Positions 46,280 to 58,176 of a DNA stretch of 64,000 nt are shown here, one piece after another. The translations under genes were made by a program, and so were the position numbers. The notes below the pieces were generated by a model. It saw nothing but the letters and a program-made list of their open reading frames with translations, was not told the DNA's origin and searched no databases. The stretch is from the NCBI GenBank assembly GCA_965645245.1, contig OZ287072.1:2480001-2544000 (forward strand), in the 5' to 3' direction. The DNA is from Massalongia carnosa. Lineage: Eukaryota. Positions within the stretch are counted from its first letter, which is position 1. The number at the start of each line of letters is the position of its first letter.

Positions 46280-49200
46280 GAAGATTTCCCGAGGAAATGC
46301 CGCACCCGACGAAATGCCGCATCTTCTCACTTTCCAACCATTACTTTCAAACATGAATAAATCCACCCTCAACGCTCGTATCGAGCTCGCAATTGCTGAT
46401 CTGAATCAGCAAGATCAGCCTAACCTCAGGGGGACAGCTAAAAGGTTTAGCCTAGTCGAAAGTACCCTCCGGAGGCGCTGGAAAGGCCAAACGGTGTCCC
46501 AAAAGGCAGCCGCGTCAAAATACAAGCAACGACTTACCTTGGCCCAGGAAGAGGCCTTAATTCAGCAAATCAATCGGCTTGTCGATCGTGGACTGCTCCA
46601 ACCGCCAGAATTGTACGAAAACTAGCGGAGGAGGTGATAGGAGGGCCTGTAGGGAAGAACTGGACAGGGGATTTTGTCCGCCGATACAAGGGTAGGCTTA
46701 AAAGTCTTTATCTTCGAAATATGGATAGCCAGCGTATAAAATCTGAGTATCCGCCTTTATTTAAGCAATTCTACGATTTGGTAGCGTGTTAACTACCCAT
46801 TCCTATTTGTTGAATATTAATTGTGATCGAAAATAACTAATGTTTCTATTAGCTAATCGCCGGTGTCGAAAAATACAATATCACGGGGGAAAACCTTTAC
46901 AATTGGGACGAAAAGGGCTTTGTGATTGGCCAAGCAAGCGCCACGCAACGTATCATGTCGCTAGAGGCCCTCGAATCAGGGCGGATCACACATGCAAGCC
47001 AGGACGGGAATAGGGAGTTTATCAGCCTCCTTGCTTGTATCGGGGCCGACGGAACCGCTTTACCTCCTGCCTTGATCTATAAAGGCGACTCTGGCATACT
47101 CCAGGATACATGGGTTGAGGATGTAAATCCTCATGACGAGGCGTTCTTTGCAGTATCGGCGAAAGGATGGAGTTGTGATATCCTTGGCCTGAATTGGCTA
47201 GAGCAGGTTTTTCAGCGTTATACGAACCAAAAGGCTAGAAATAGAAGACGTTTACTGATAGTAGACGGTCATTCTAGCCACGTGAATCTTAAGTTTATCG
47301 ATAATTGCGATAACTTACGTATTCTTCTCCTGATTCTACCTTCGCACTCTACGCATCGTTTACAGCCTCTGGATGTTTCTCTATTCGCGCCGTTAGCAAC
47401 GTTCTATACTAATGGGCTGAATAGACTAATGTTCGATAGTCTAGGCATGATAAACATGTCAAAAAGAGCCTTTTGGAGCGTTTTCTTCCCTGCATGGCAG
47501 CAGGCATTTTCGGAGGAAAAAAATACTTCTGCCTTCGAAAAAACCGGTATTTGGCCTTACAATCCGAGCCTTATACTAAATGTTATCACACCATAGATAG
47601 TCGAGGCTCCTTTTCAGTCGCCAAAAGCACCAATGACAAGCCGTGCTATTCGCCGCACGCAGCGAGCGTACGATATTGCGCCTACGAAGTTATTACTAGC
47701 AAAGATCTTCCGGGCTAACGAACGCCTTGCTGCCCAGGACTCTATCAACAAACACGTGATCAAAGGGCTCTGCAATACCCTTCAGGACGAAAAGAAGAGG
47801 GGGAAGAGAGGTAAACGGCTTAATTTAGTTGTGGAAGAGGACTCAGGCCCTCAATTCTTTAGTCCTAGGCGAGTACAGGCTGCCAGGGAATTTCAAGCAG
47901 CAAAAGAGGAAGAAGAAGCACAACGCCAGCTAGATATTAGCGAGAAGCGACGACAAGCTACTGCTAAAAGGTTACAGAAAGAAGAGGAGAAGCTAGAAAA
48001 GGTAGCAATCGCTCTAGAGAAGCGGCGATTGACTGCAGAAGCAAAGGTAGCAAAGGCCGCTGAGAAGCAGGCTCAGAAGGAGTTACGTAAAGCAGCAAAC
48101 AGATATCCTAAGGGACAGCTCGGGCAGCAGAAGCAGTATACAGGGCGAGAAGACTCAGGACAGTCCCCCACCGTCCCCCCAGCGAAAATCATTCCAAATT
48201 AGGACTAGCTACAAGCCACCTCCCCATACTAAATAATTAGGTGCATATACCTCGTTCACCGTCTCTATTAATAATATTATAGGTATAGGCAGCCAACCCT
48301 CTGTATAAATTTATCACTATGATAGGTAGACCGCACTTCTTCTCTCCCTTATCTTTTTCTTTGCTATGGCCCTCACATCAACGTCCCTGGATGCACGTTT
48401 GCAAAGGGCTATAGCGAGTTTACCGTCTTCTCATCGTCTTCCTCCGAGTGAGAGTGAAATCTTTATCTCCTGGGAGGAGGGAAAAACCCGCCTTCAGAAT
48501 TATGCCTTTACTCAAGGCTTTGCATTGGTCACAGAGACTAATGATAAGAAGAATCATCTCGTTATACTAGATTGCACCCGTCATCACAAAAGAGAAACAC
48601 TAGAAAGCTAGAGGAGAAGGACCGCGTACGAGAAAACACGAAGGTCTCGTTCAACGAGTGCAAATATCGACTAAGACTGAAGCAAAACAAAGACGAATCG
48701 TGGAGATTAATCATCACCAATCCTGATCACAATCACGAGATGGCTACAGACCCCTTCGGTTTCAAAGAGCATCGTAGCCAAGACCTCGATCGAGCAACTG
48801 CCCTAGATCAAGCAAAAAGTCTCCGTGATGCATCAACTAGATACGGTCAAGCATCTCGCGTTTTGGGAATGACTGGCCTGCGCCTTTCGAAGAAGGACTA
48901 TTACAACCTGGCTCGATCCCAGGGCAAACATACACCTGAAGAAGAGTTGACCTATGCACTTGGATTTCTAGAAGAAGGGTTTCATGTACGGACTTTGGAG
49001 AAATATCTCGTTGAAAACAATACTCCCCGAAGACGTGTTGTTGAACATTTCTTTTTCTGTAACGCTGAACAGATCCGACTGACTAGACGATTCGTCAGTG
49101 GATTTTTGATAGAAACGGATGCTACGTTCAATACAAATCAGTTGAACTTACCTCTATCGGTGTTGGTTGGCATCACCAACACAAATCAGACTTTCCCCGC

Positions 49201-51694
49201 GGCCTATTGTTATATAACTTCTGAATCGGCTGAGTGTTTTACGTTTCTATTTGATTGTATGAAAGATCTCTTTTTTCATGATACATGTCCTGGTCCTAGG
49301 GTCATCCTCGGAGACTTCGCCGCTGGATTGACTGCAGCGATGCATAAAAAACGGGCTAAGGAAATAAACCACGGAAAGAGCTGCATGAATTGATATGGGA
49401 GTGGATCAAAACTCCTACCGTTGAACAGCTGGATGAGAAGAGAAACGCGTTGATATTGAAGCTTCATGATTCAGAAAAGGTATGAAGCCATCAAAAAACG
49501 TTAATAAGGGCTAACTCACTCCTATTTCCAGGAGTATTTTACTAGCTATTATCAACGTCAGGAGTGTCAGTTTGTTTCCGCATACACCAGATAGTTCCCT
49601 AATTTAGGTGCACATAGCACACAAAGGGTGGAAGGTTTGCATCCGTTGGTAAAGAATGTGACAAATAGGCATACACCTATTAAGGACTCGGTGCGGAAAA
49701 TATGCGAAACAGTGCAAAGGGTTCAGGTTGACTACGAAATATCAACCAATCATCAACGAATCAACAACCCCCGGCTAATGGATAGAAGTGCGTTCAAAGA
49801 CCTTATAGGCTTAATAACTCATCATGCTATTGACCTCATATCTAGAGAGTTGGATGCAGCTAAACTTTTAGCCGAAGATTTCAATCAACAGGTTTCTTTT
49901 GGAGTTGAAGGGACTGCATTAATCGAACCAACCGGTGAGGATTGTATGTATGATTGTGATTTGCCTCCACGATACGGTCTTCCGTGCAGATGCTGGTTGT
50001 ATCGTTGCGTCATTGATGTTATCCCCATACCTATCTCCCTCATTCATCCCCGCTGGTTTTTCGATGGCCCGCCTTTTGTGGTCTCGTGGAGCATGGTTTT
50101 CGACCCCACCATAAATTTCGCTGAGATGTTTCGGAGAGCAGCTCACAGGAAGACCACAGAAGAGCAGGATGAGGAGGCGGATGAGGGGGGGAATGCTCAA
50201 CAAAGTCAAGAATCTGAGCCGGAGGAGGAGATCGAGAAGGCAGTTGACAATAATACTAGGGATAGATTTCGTCGCGGGGGTGTTGATTTACTGCATGCGG
50301 CCGCACATTAATCTATTGATTTTCATAAATCAATAGAAAATGTGCATAGAAGGGAGGGATACGCTCGTGAATTCGCCAAATTCACTGCTATTTTCAATAA
50401 AAAATGGCAGGATAAGGAGCTGGCGAGGCCACTTATCCCTACAACTTTCCCCGACGAAATCCGACCGAAGGACAACCTCATGTATAAAAAGGGTGGGAGT
50501 CGCCGGCGGGCTTACACTGGCCGTGAGGCAGCTGCGGCAGATGAAGCTAAGCAGCGACGTGCTAAACGTAAGGACTCGATTGAAGAAGGGAGGAGAAGAA
50601 GGCATGAGGATGAATTGCGGGCAGGCGGTGAAGACAAGGGTATGATTGATGATAAAAAACCCACGATATCAGCAAATCGATCGATGTAGCGCGGCTAATA
50701 TTCGGTATAGATTCCGGAGATGCTATCATCGTATCTAACGACGATGCCCTGCAATATATAGCAACTCAGCCTACCCCCGATCCTCCACTCTCTCGGAATG
50801 AGAATGATGATTTTATCCCTCCATCCCCGGCATCTTCTTCCGATTCATTTGAAGATATTGATGAAGTGCTGGCGAAACATAGCCAAAAGGCTCTTTCCCA
50901 AACGGTTCCCTCTCCAAATAGCTCCTTCCCTTTATAGCCTCAGTCAAAAAAACATCCGCGCTAGCTAGCTACCATCCACATCGTCTGCAACAACAACACG
51001 AGGGTCACGGGGTGTGGTAGCCAAAAAATCGAAGGCTCAGTTGGAGTTGGAGTCTCAGCAGAGGGCCGACCAAGCGGCCAAACAAGCAAGGGCTGAGGAG
51101 AGGAAAAACGCAGCTGCAAGAAAGGTTGCTAAGACTATGAAGCCTAGAAAGGATAATGTTTCGCAATTGAGTGATGCATTTTCAGAATTGAGATCATCGC
51201 AATGAGTGGTAGGAGTAGTAGTAATAGTGGATTTTTCAGAATGCGGGGCTAAGCTAAATCAGCTAGAGGAAGCTTGCAGAGAGACGGTGGACGTGCACAT
51301 ATTTACCGTAGTATGGGGAGGTGGCTTGTAGCTAGTCCTAATTTGCAATGATTTTCGCTGGGGGGACGGTGGGAGGGACTGTCCCGAGTCTTCTCGATCG
51401 GTATACAGGGTCTAATAAAGTTCAAAAGACTCGAAAGAAGAAGGTAAAGCCGCCTACTCGTGTTATTATCGCTAAAGAGGTAGAGGAGGTGGTTTTAACT
51501 ACCTCGACTGGAAGAAGGATCCAGCGCCCAGGGCGTTTTGCTATGTAAGGTTTTTAGGGTCGGATATCGTGTATATACTTTCTATTTATACCATATTTAA
51601 TACACATTCCTTCAATCGTTGTAGTTGTTGATTAACGACGAAAACAATATTCTAATGCCGAATTGTAAAGTGCGGCATTTCTCGGGAAATCTTC
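46280..51694 (+). mobile_element. pogo/Fot1-like transposon, copy B (defective, interrupted by a MULE)
   Basis: Same family as copy A in the opposite orientation; TA flanks; intron 46781-46852; stops and frameshifts. Confidence 0.92.
48146..51400 (+). mobile_element. MULE (FAR1/MULE/SWIM-type), degenerate
   Basis: ~85-bp TIRs CGAGAAGACTC(A/G)GGACAGTCCC; duplication GTATACAGGG (48136-48145 and 51401-51410); ETDATFNTN, LGDFAAG, GLPCRC. Confidence 0.9.
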
Positions 51695-52590
51695 TAACTG
51701 TATAAATATTTAACGTGTAATAAAACCGATTTATACTGTTTTACGCGTATTTTTTTTAAAAAACAAAATCTTTAAAGTACATCTTCGTACGACGAATAAA
51801 TTATTTATGACTTTTTCTTTCTTTTAAAAAAATCTAATCTGAACATAACAATCTTTTCTAAAATATAAATAACAAAAGAAAGTAAAATCGCGTACAAATT
51901 CTATTGCTAGTCTTTATTCGATTACCCGTTCGTTTTCCTCATCTGTTTATTACTTATCTGTTTACTTTCTCGTTGACCGAACTCATCATCAGATCAAATT
52001 ATCAGCAGAATATGAGATTCTGGCGCACGCGACCCGGAGGACGACGAAGAAGCTGTCGCGTTCTTGCGAACAGGTTGTCACGTACGTGATCTGTTTTCTC
52101 TGTCTGGCTGTCTTTCTCGATATCCGTCTGCTCTGCAGCGGAACCCGGAGATTCTCAAGACAGATGTCCGTCTGTTACCTGCTCAACAACAATGATCTAT
52201 TCTCTTTTATCCTGTCTATATGTCTATTTGCTTCATCTCCTGTCTTCCAACATGAGCCGATTAAAGATCACGCACGATCGGACTGATTCATGTTGCGATT
52301 GTGATACGCGTTCGATTGTACGATGCTGATGTAGATGGACGATTTAACTGACTCTTGCTTTGCTTTGACTACTAGAATACTTTGACTTTAATCATTGGTT
52401 GATGGTTTGGATTTTCATTGCTGTTACTCTATTGGGTAAGTAAAACTACTACATTGTTTTTGGTCGGTCGGTCGGTCGCGTGCTCGTGCTGCGGCGGCGG
52501 CGGCGGCGGGAGCAGCAACAGAACAAAAAATCTACGAAACATAACGTATAAATCGATGACTAATGGGCTCTACGGCTGCATTTCTATCTA

Positions 52591-53399
52591 GTATGGCTTT
52601 TGATAGGATGCGCGTTCAGCTCGAAAGCAATTCGCAATATATACCTGCTCTCGCTGCGCGTCTCGGCTGACGCGGCGGTCGGGGGCAACGGCACGGATCC
52701 GGTGCTGCCCGTTCTCGAGGTCCGGGTCGGGTATTTCGGGGTTTGTCTTCGGACAAGTACGCTGCGCTGGATGTGTAGCACAGACGCACATCATCTTGCG
52801 TTCATGGCGACGCAACTGGCTGCTGGCAAGAATCAGGATCCGTTAGGGTTGATTGCGGGAGCAGCGCAGTACAGGACCGATGTGATATTCCCGGGATTCA
52901 TGTACGGCTCTCCGTCTCGGATTACCTTTATGATCTGACAACGAGTCACTGTAATGACGATGACAGTGTTACTACCATTACCCTAGCCATTTTGTCCTTC
53001 CTGGGTTTGTTGTCTGTTCCAGGCTGGCAGAGGGTGATTGAGGCAGATGGATCGGAAAATTGGGAAAAGGCATTTCCATCACGTGCATTTTTTCAGGCGA
53101 TTTACGTTGGTCTCCTCGTCTCGACAATGTTGATGTTTGTTGCCATCGTTTGGCAACATACCGCAGCACTAGCAGCCACATCCGCGGTGCAGTGGACTCA
53201 TAATGGACGTATTGAAGGCCAACTAGGGACAATAACGACGGCTTTGGGGTGGACAGCTGTCGCGCTTCTGGCCGTCGCCACCATCGGAATACGTATATCG
53301 ATGTTGAGCTTACTGTTGCTGGATCAATTGACTGAGGTGGAGCCTGCAAGTTATCAACTCGATGACATCTATATAGTTTCAAATGTTGAAAGATTATGA
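52591..53399 (+). CDS. Fig1-like (Sur7/claudin superfamily) membrane protein; 5' exon not located
   Basis: LEVRVGYFGVC, DPLGLI, PGW..KAFPSR, WQHTA..LGW; in-frame intron 52902-52966. Confidence 0.75.
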
Positions 53400-53640
53400 C
53401 TTGTAGGAAATGCGTGTTAGTGTTAGGTGAGATTTAGGGTTCAAGAATTTCTTCTTTAGAATTGGAATTTGTTGTAGGCTATATTGGGAAGTCGTAGCGT
53501 AAAATAAGTGGAGATAGAGGCTAGAGACTAATTGAAAGATGCATCATATGATCGGCTCGTTGAATTGGCTCTGAATTGTTAAGTTTTGTTCTTGAGTGAC
53601 CGAAACAGCGTTTCTTGATGCTTCTGAACCGCGAAAAGAA

Positions 53641-56288
53641 TCAAACAGAAGGTGTATTTTCTGATTCCAAGTCACGACTCGACACCTTCTCATCCCGGCT
53701 GAACAGGGAGATGCGGACAAACAGCGCGATAAAGAGGATCGACACTGCAAGCCCCACCTTGTAGCTGAGATCTACGTTTTCCGGCAGAAGCGCAATCATG
53801 GGCGCCAAGGCGATCAAAAGCGTCAGGGTGAAAATAACACCCAGCCGCTTCAGATTGTACCATTGATCCCGAATGAACGATCCACGCCATTGGGACTTGA
53901 CGAAGGAGTCTTTGACGGATTTCAGTTGAAGCCGTCTCGATCCTTTGCCTGTTTGCGTTACGTCGAGGAATCGAGACGTGTTCCACAGGTGGAGTTTATT
54001 ACGGACGCGTTCATTGGAGAGCATGAAATAGGCTACGGTTGCAAAGGCAACGAGGATGTACAACGAGATGATCATCTCGTTCGCCGGATGGAAGTTTTTG
54101 GTCCACACGAAGCCAAGAGCCGCGAATATGCCTCCCAGGAAGACAACTACAACCGCTGTGGCGCGCACCCCACGGGCCCAGGCCCATCGCAGTAAGTTGG
54201 TCGTTGGAATCGGTTTACTGGCCGACAAACCCGTATACTGCCTAATCTCCAACGCTATCGATTGAGCGGATGTTTTGGCAGTATCACTCCTCACCATCAG
54301 TCTCAGTCCGTAGGCAAACGCCAGGAGAGAGATACCCACTCCGATAAACGCTGGGATTGAAGCTCCTGTTGTGACTTCAGGGATCTGCATGCTAAACAGG
54401 CCGGCAGAAAACGTCAGGGGAATGAAAATAAACTTGGCTTCATCAGCTAGAGGAATATCGAGATGTACGGGGAGTTGGGATTTACCGCGAGTTCGGTGAT
54501 TCTCGTCACCGCTTCGGCCTCTGCTATGCCTCGCTTGCTATCAATGATTGATATATTCGTAAGGAGCGTTTTATATGTTTCCCTTAGAAGAGCTACCGCA
54601 TCTGTGATATCGTCATCTAGACGGCTGAGACGTAGTCCCATGGACTGTTCACGATCGTCCCTCGCGGTTACCAGATGGAAGGAGACCAAGCTTGACAGTG
54701 ACTTCAGCAGTTCGGGTAGTAGATATCCCGTTTGGCTGATCAGAAGCCGCCAATGCGTCAAGCGTTCTTGCAAAAGGGAGTCGTCCAGAGTACCTTGATC
54801 GATTTCTCGCAGAGACTTCCGAACAGAATGCAGTAACTTAAGGGTATCATTATACATAACGGTAAATAGAGCGTCGGCAATCGGGGCATATGAAGCGGCC
54901 AGCGTCTGATTCAACAAGCGTCGATGCAATCTCGCTGAAGTCGGTTCGGTGGATGAGGCTACATGATCGAAGAGTTCCTGATGGTGCAATTGTGTCGTGG
55001 AGTTGTCTACGGCCCGCGGTTGTGTCGGCCCTTCCAAGGTCACAAATCGAAAGAACGGATTGAGACGTCGGACGTATACACTGCGCCTAGAGGACTCCGG
55101 TTTATCGTCCACGTCTTTATCCGCAGGTATTGCCGTCGAATTCTGTCCATCAATACTAAACTCGAGATCCGGATCCCGTGGCGGACCTACGACAGTTTCT
55201 TCCGTCTCTGGAAGAGGATCGAGCAAGATGAGAACTTCCGAAACCCAGTTAGCTGACGAACTCGACTTGCAACGGCCATGTCACTCACCAATCAAACACT
55301 CGCCAAACTTTCGTTGCCAGAGCGTCATTTTCTCCGCCCACGCCATCGGTACTACTGTCGCATTGGGGTCGGGAGCCATTTCAAGCCCTTCTCGTATTAT
55401 GTTCGAAAAGGCCCGTAACTGGTGTTGCAGCTTGACAGTACAGGTCGAATGTTGCGACCGCCGCACCAGCCGTTGTTCCGTCCAGCGCACGCCATCCATC
55501 CTCGAGTTTAGCAGTTGAGTCTTCATGGTTTGGGAGGGGGCATCGGGCGGGCGGAAGACCGGTCGATACCACTTCAGGGAGATGTAGTCCTTTTGCATTC
55601 CCGCCGTGATCCAGTCATCCGGATCCGGTTCGGTATACCTCCCGTCCATGTAACCGGAGTTGTGCAGATGCTCCGCAAAATATTCGGGCGGAACGTCGAA
55701 AAGGGAACCTAGCAGGTCAATCATTTCTGGTGTCAGATCTTCCACCACGATGACCCGTGTGTCCGCTTCCGGTGGTATTGCCTCTCGAAGTTTGCGTTTG
55801 ATGCACGCCAGTTCGTCCCGACGATAGTCATGGCGCAAGCTCCCCGCGATCCGCTGTTGATCAAAGCGGGCCGGTCGGAGAAGAGTGCCACTGCTGTAGT
55901 CGTACCACCTGCACAAGGCAGAGCGATCGTTTCGCGGTTCATCCGCAAGACACTTCAAATGCGGTAACGCAGCAGACATAGCTTGCGCGGCTTGAATGTA
56001 GTCCCTCGGACCATATTGTTTCACGCCACCTTGCCTCGAGTCACCGTGCAGCGATTGCAATGCCGCGAGCGAGGACGCTCTCGAGTCCGGTCGTGGCTGT
56101 CGTGCTCCCTTCGAGGATGGCGGAACATAGGCTTCCTCCGCCGCCTCGTCCCGAGCGGCAACGGCAGCCAGTGACGTCTCATCGGCGGTAACGTGGGAAG
56201 CCGCAGAAGACGGCAATGGCGGAAACTCGACCGAAGTGGAAGCTTCGTTCACATCTTCATTTGGGGCATCAGCAGTATTTACGGACAT
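53641..56288 (-). CDS. Fungal CorA-like Mg2+ transporter-family protein
   Basis: VVEDL...LGSLFDVPPEYFAEHL and DSKRGIAEAEAVTRITELA|FIFIPLTFSAGLFSMQ; introns 55235-55288 and 54433-54485; start codon uncertain. Confidence 0.78.
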
Positions 56289-56701
56289 AACGTGGTGCTG
56301 TCCATGAACTCGATCGTTGGTCTCGAATTGGGTCACTGACTTCAAACGAGATAAAGTACGGTACTCTGGTGGAATCGTAGTTCAATCGTGACTCATCACT
56401 CATGAGCCGCATGACATCTTCCACCAGCCACTGCCGATGAAGGAGGCTGACGATGACTCAGCTATGTTGGGGCGAGATGCGAGGTTCTCACATATCACGC
56501 AAAGCAAGGAGTACTTCGTACGGAGTACTCTGGAACGTTAATACTTACAGGGTATTGTGACGTCTTTGACACCGTGGCACTTGGGGCGTTGGACTCTTCT
56601 ACACTCAACACTTCACTGATGCTTGAACATCGAAGGAAGGTTTACCGAATCTTTAGGTGTCCTGTTCACGTCATGACGCGATTCTAAATGTAAAATCTCT
56701 T

Positions 56702-57991
56702 TCACGTATAATGAGCACTGTCATAACTATGTCTTGTAGCTGCGAGATTTTTCAGCACTATGACCTCCTGCGTCAATCTTTCATTCTCCGTCTCCCACTC
56801 CCGCGAATCGATTTGATTTACCTGTAATTGACTAACCGCCAACTCGCTTCGTGCATGAAGCAAGTTCTTCAGGCCTACAATCTCGGATCTCAGTCGATCC
56901 ATCTCGGTGAGATGATCGCAAAAGGTAGCTGCACTCGGTGCGCAGCAGGCACCGTACAGAGGAGCGTTTTCTGGATCGAGCCGACTGATGACGTGAATGC
57001 TGATCAGTAGATCTGCCGCGGTTGGTCGTACTTCCGGCTGAAAATGAAGCATTTCCCTGATCTCGCAGAGAAGGTGTCGCAGCCTTGCGGAAGAAGTCGT
57101 CTTGGATTGTACACAACATTTTTCAAGGAACTCAACATGAGCCTGCGACAATGGATTTCCAGTGATTCGAAGAATCGACAGATTGCTGAACGGAATCCGA
57201 GCACACAAGGCAGTCATCTCAAAGAAGATACAGCCAAGAGAGTATATGTCTGTCGAGGGTCCACTCGGACATGATGAAGAAATCACAGGGGCGATGTAAT
57301 TCCCTGCAGCCCACATTCTATTGTCGATAGCGCTCATGTTGAGCTCGACAGGTTTGGAGTAAATCGTGAAATCCGTTAACCAGAGCCGGCTGAAAGACAA
57401 CAAGATCTTTTCCGGATTGAGCCCGTTGTCATAAATACGCTGTCCATGGAGGTAAGACACGGCGCTCAGGATGCAGCCATAGCACCGCGCAACTCGTGCT
57501 AGGGCTGCAGAATAAATTCTCTCCAATGCCCCTTCCTCTGCAGTAGAACCGGCTGTCTCCGCGTAACCTGGACAAGAGCTGAGAAGAACATGAAGCCGAT
57601 TCAATACGGGCCTAATATCAGTTATGTTAATCGAGTCCTCCCGATTCTCCAGTTTGTTCCTGCATGCTTCTACATCCTCCAAGAGTGTTGCTAGATGATA
57701 ACGAGCAAGCGGCCAAACCAGCGTTCCGGGAAGCTTACATGATCCCAATACTTGAACAATGTGCTCATGATGTAATCTCGTCAACGTCTCGATTTCTTTT
57801 GCTTTCAAACATTCATCTGTGTTTTCGACAACTTTTCGATGCCAGACCTGTTCGCTATCATTGTGTGTCGTCTCGTAGAAGTCCTGATTGGCAGCATGAG
57901 CGAGGAATCGGCAATTCTGAAGGGACGAGTGGGATATCATCTCGCGTACAGCGGAGTCCGATGGCACAGGAGTACAGTTCTTCTGGTTCAT
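56702..57991 (-). CDS. Protein-kinase-fold protein, probable pseudokinase, with coiled-coil tail
   Basis: EIETL..LHHEHIVQVLG, YLH..IYDNGLNPEKILL, LTDFT, YIAP, DIYSLGCIFFEM, PEVRPTA. Confidence 0.75.
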   Translation of the reverse strand: MNQKNCTPVPSDSAVREMISHSSLQNCRFLAHAANQDFYETTHNDSEQVWHRKVVENTDECLKAKEIETLTRLHHEHIVQVLGSCKLPGTLVWPLARYHLATLLEDVEACRNKLENREDSINITDIRPVLNRLHVLLSSCPGYAETAGSTAEEGALERIYSAALARVARCYGCILSAVSYLHGQRIYDNGLNPEKILLSFSRLWLTDFTIYSKPVELNMSAIDNRMWAAGNYIAPVISSSCPSGPSTDIYSLGCIFFEMTALCARIPFSNLSILRITGNPLSQAHVEFLEKCCVQSKTTSSARLRHLLCEIREMLHFQPEVRPTAADLLISIHVISRLDPENAPLYGACCAPSAATFCDHLTEMDRLRSEIVGLKNLLHARSELAVSQLQVNQIDSREWETENERLTQEVIVLKNLAATRHSYDSAHYT

Positions 57992-58176
57992 GGTACGATT
58001 TTAGAAAAGTGGTCTAGTCTAGTACTCTGTATCGATCTCAATGACGGACAATTGATCAGTAAGAAGGATGTGAACGATGACTAGGTCATGCAGCAGACAA
58101 TAAAGGAACGTTCAATGCTACTCCGATACTCTGTACAGAGTACTCCGTACCGTTTCTCTTCCGTACTCTTGCCGAG

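Noticed and set aside
52462..52510. (GGTC)n and (GCG)n runs
   Set aside because: Ordinary microsatellites.
56507..58170. TACTCCGTA/TACGGAGTA words near 56510-56530 and 58140-58165
   Set aside because: Short motif common in ascomycete intergenic DNA; no function can be supported from this window.
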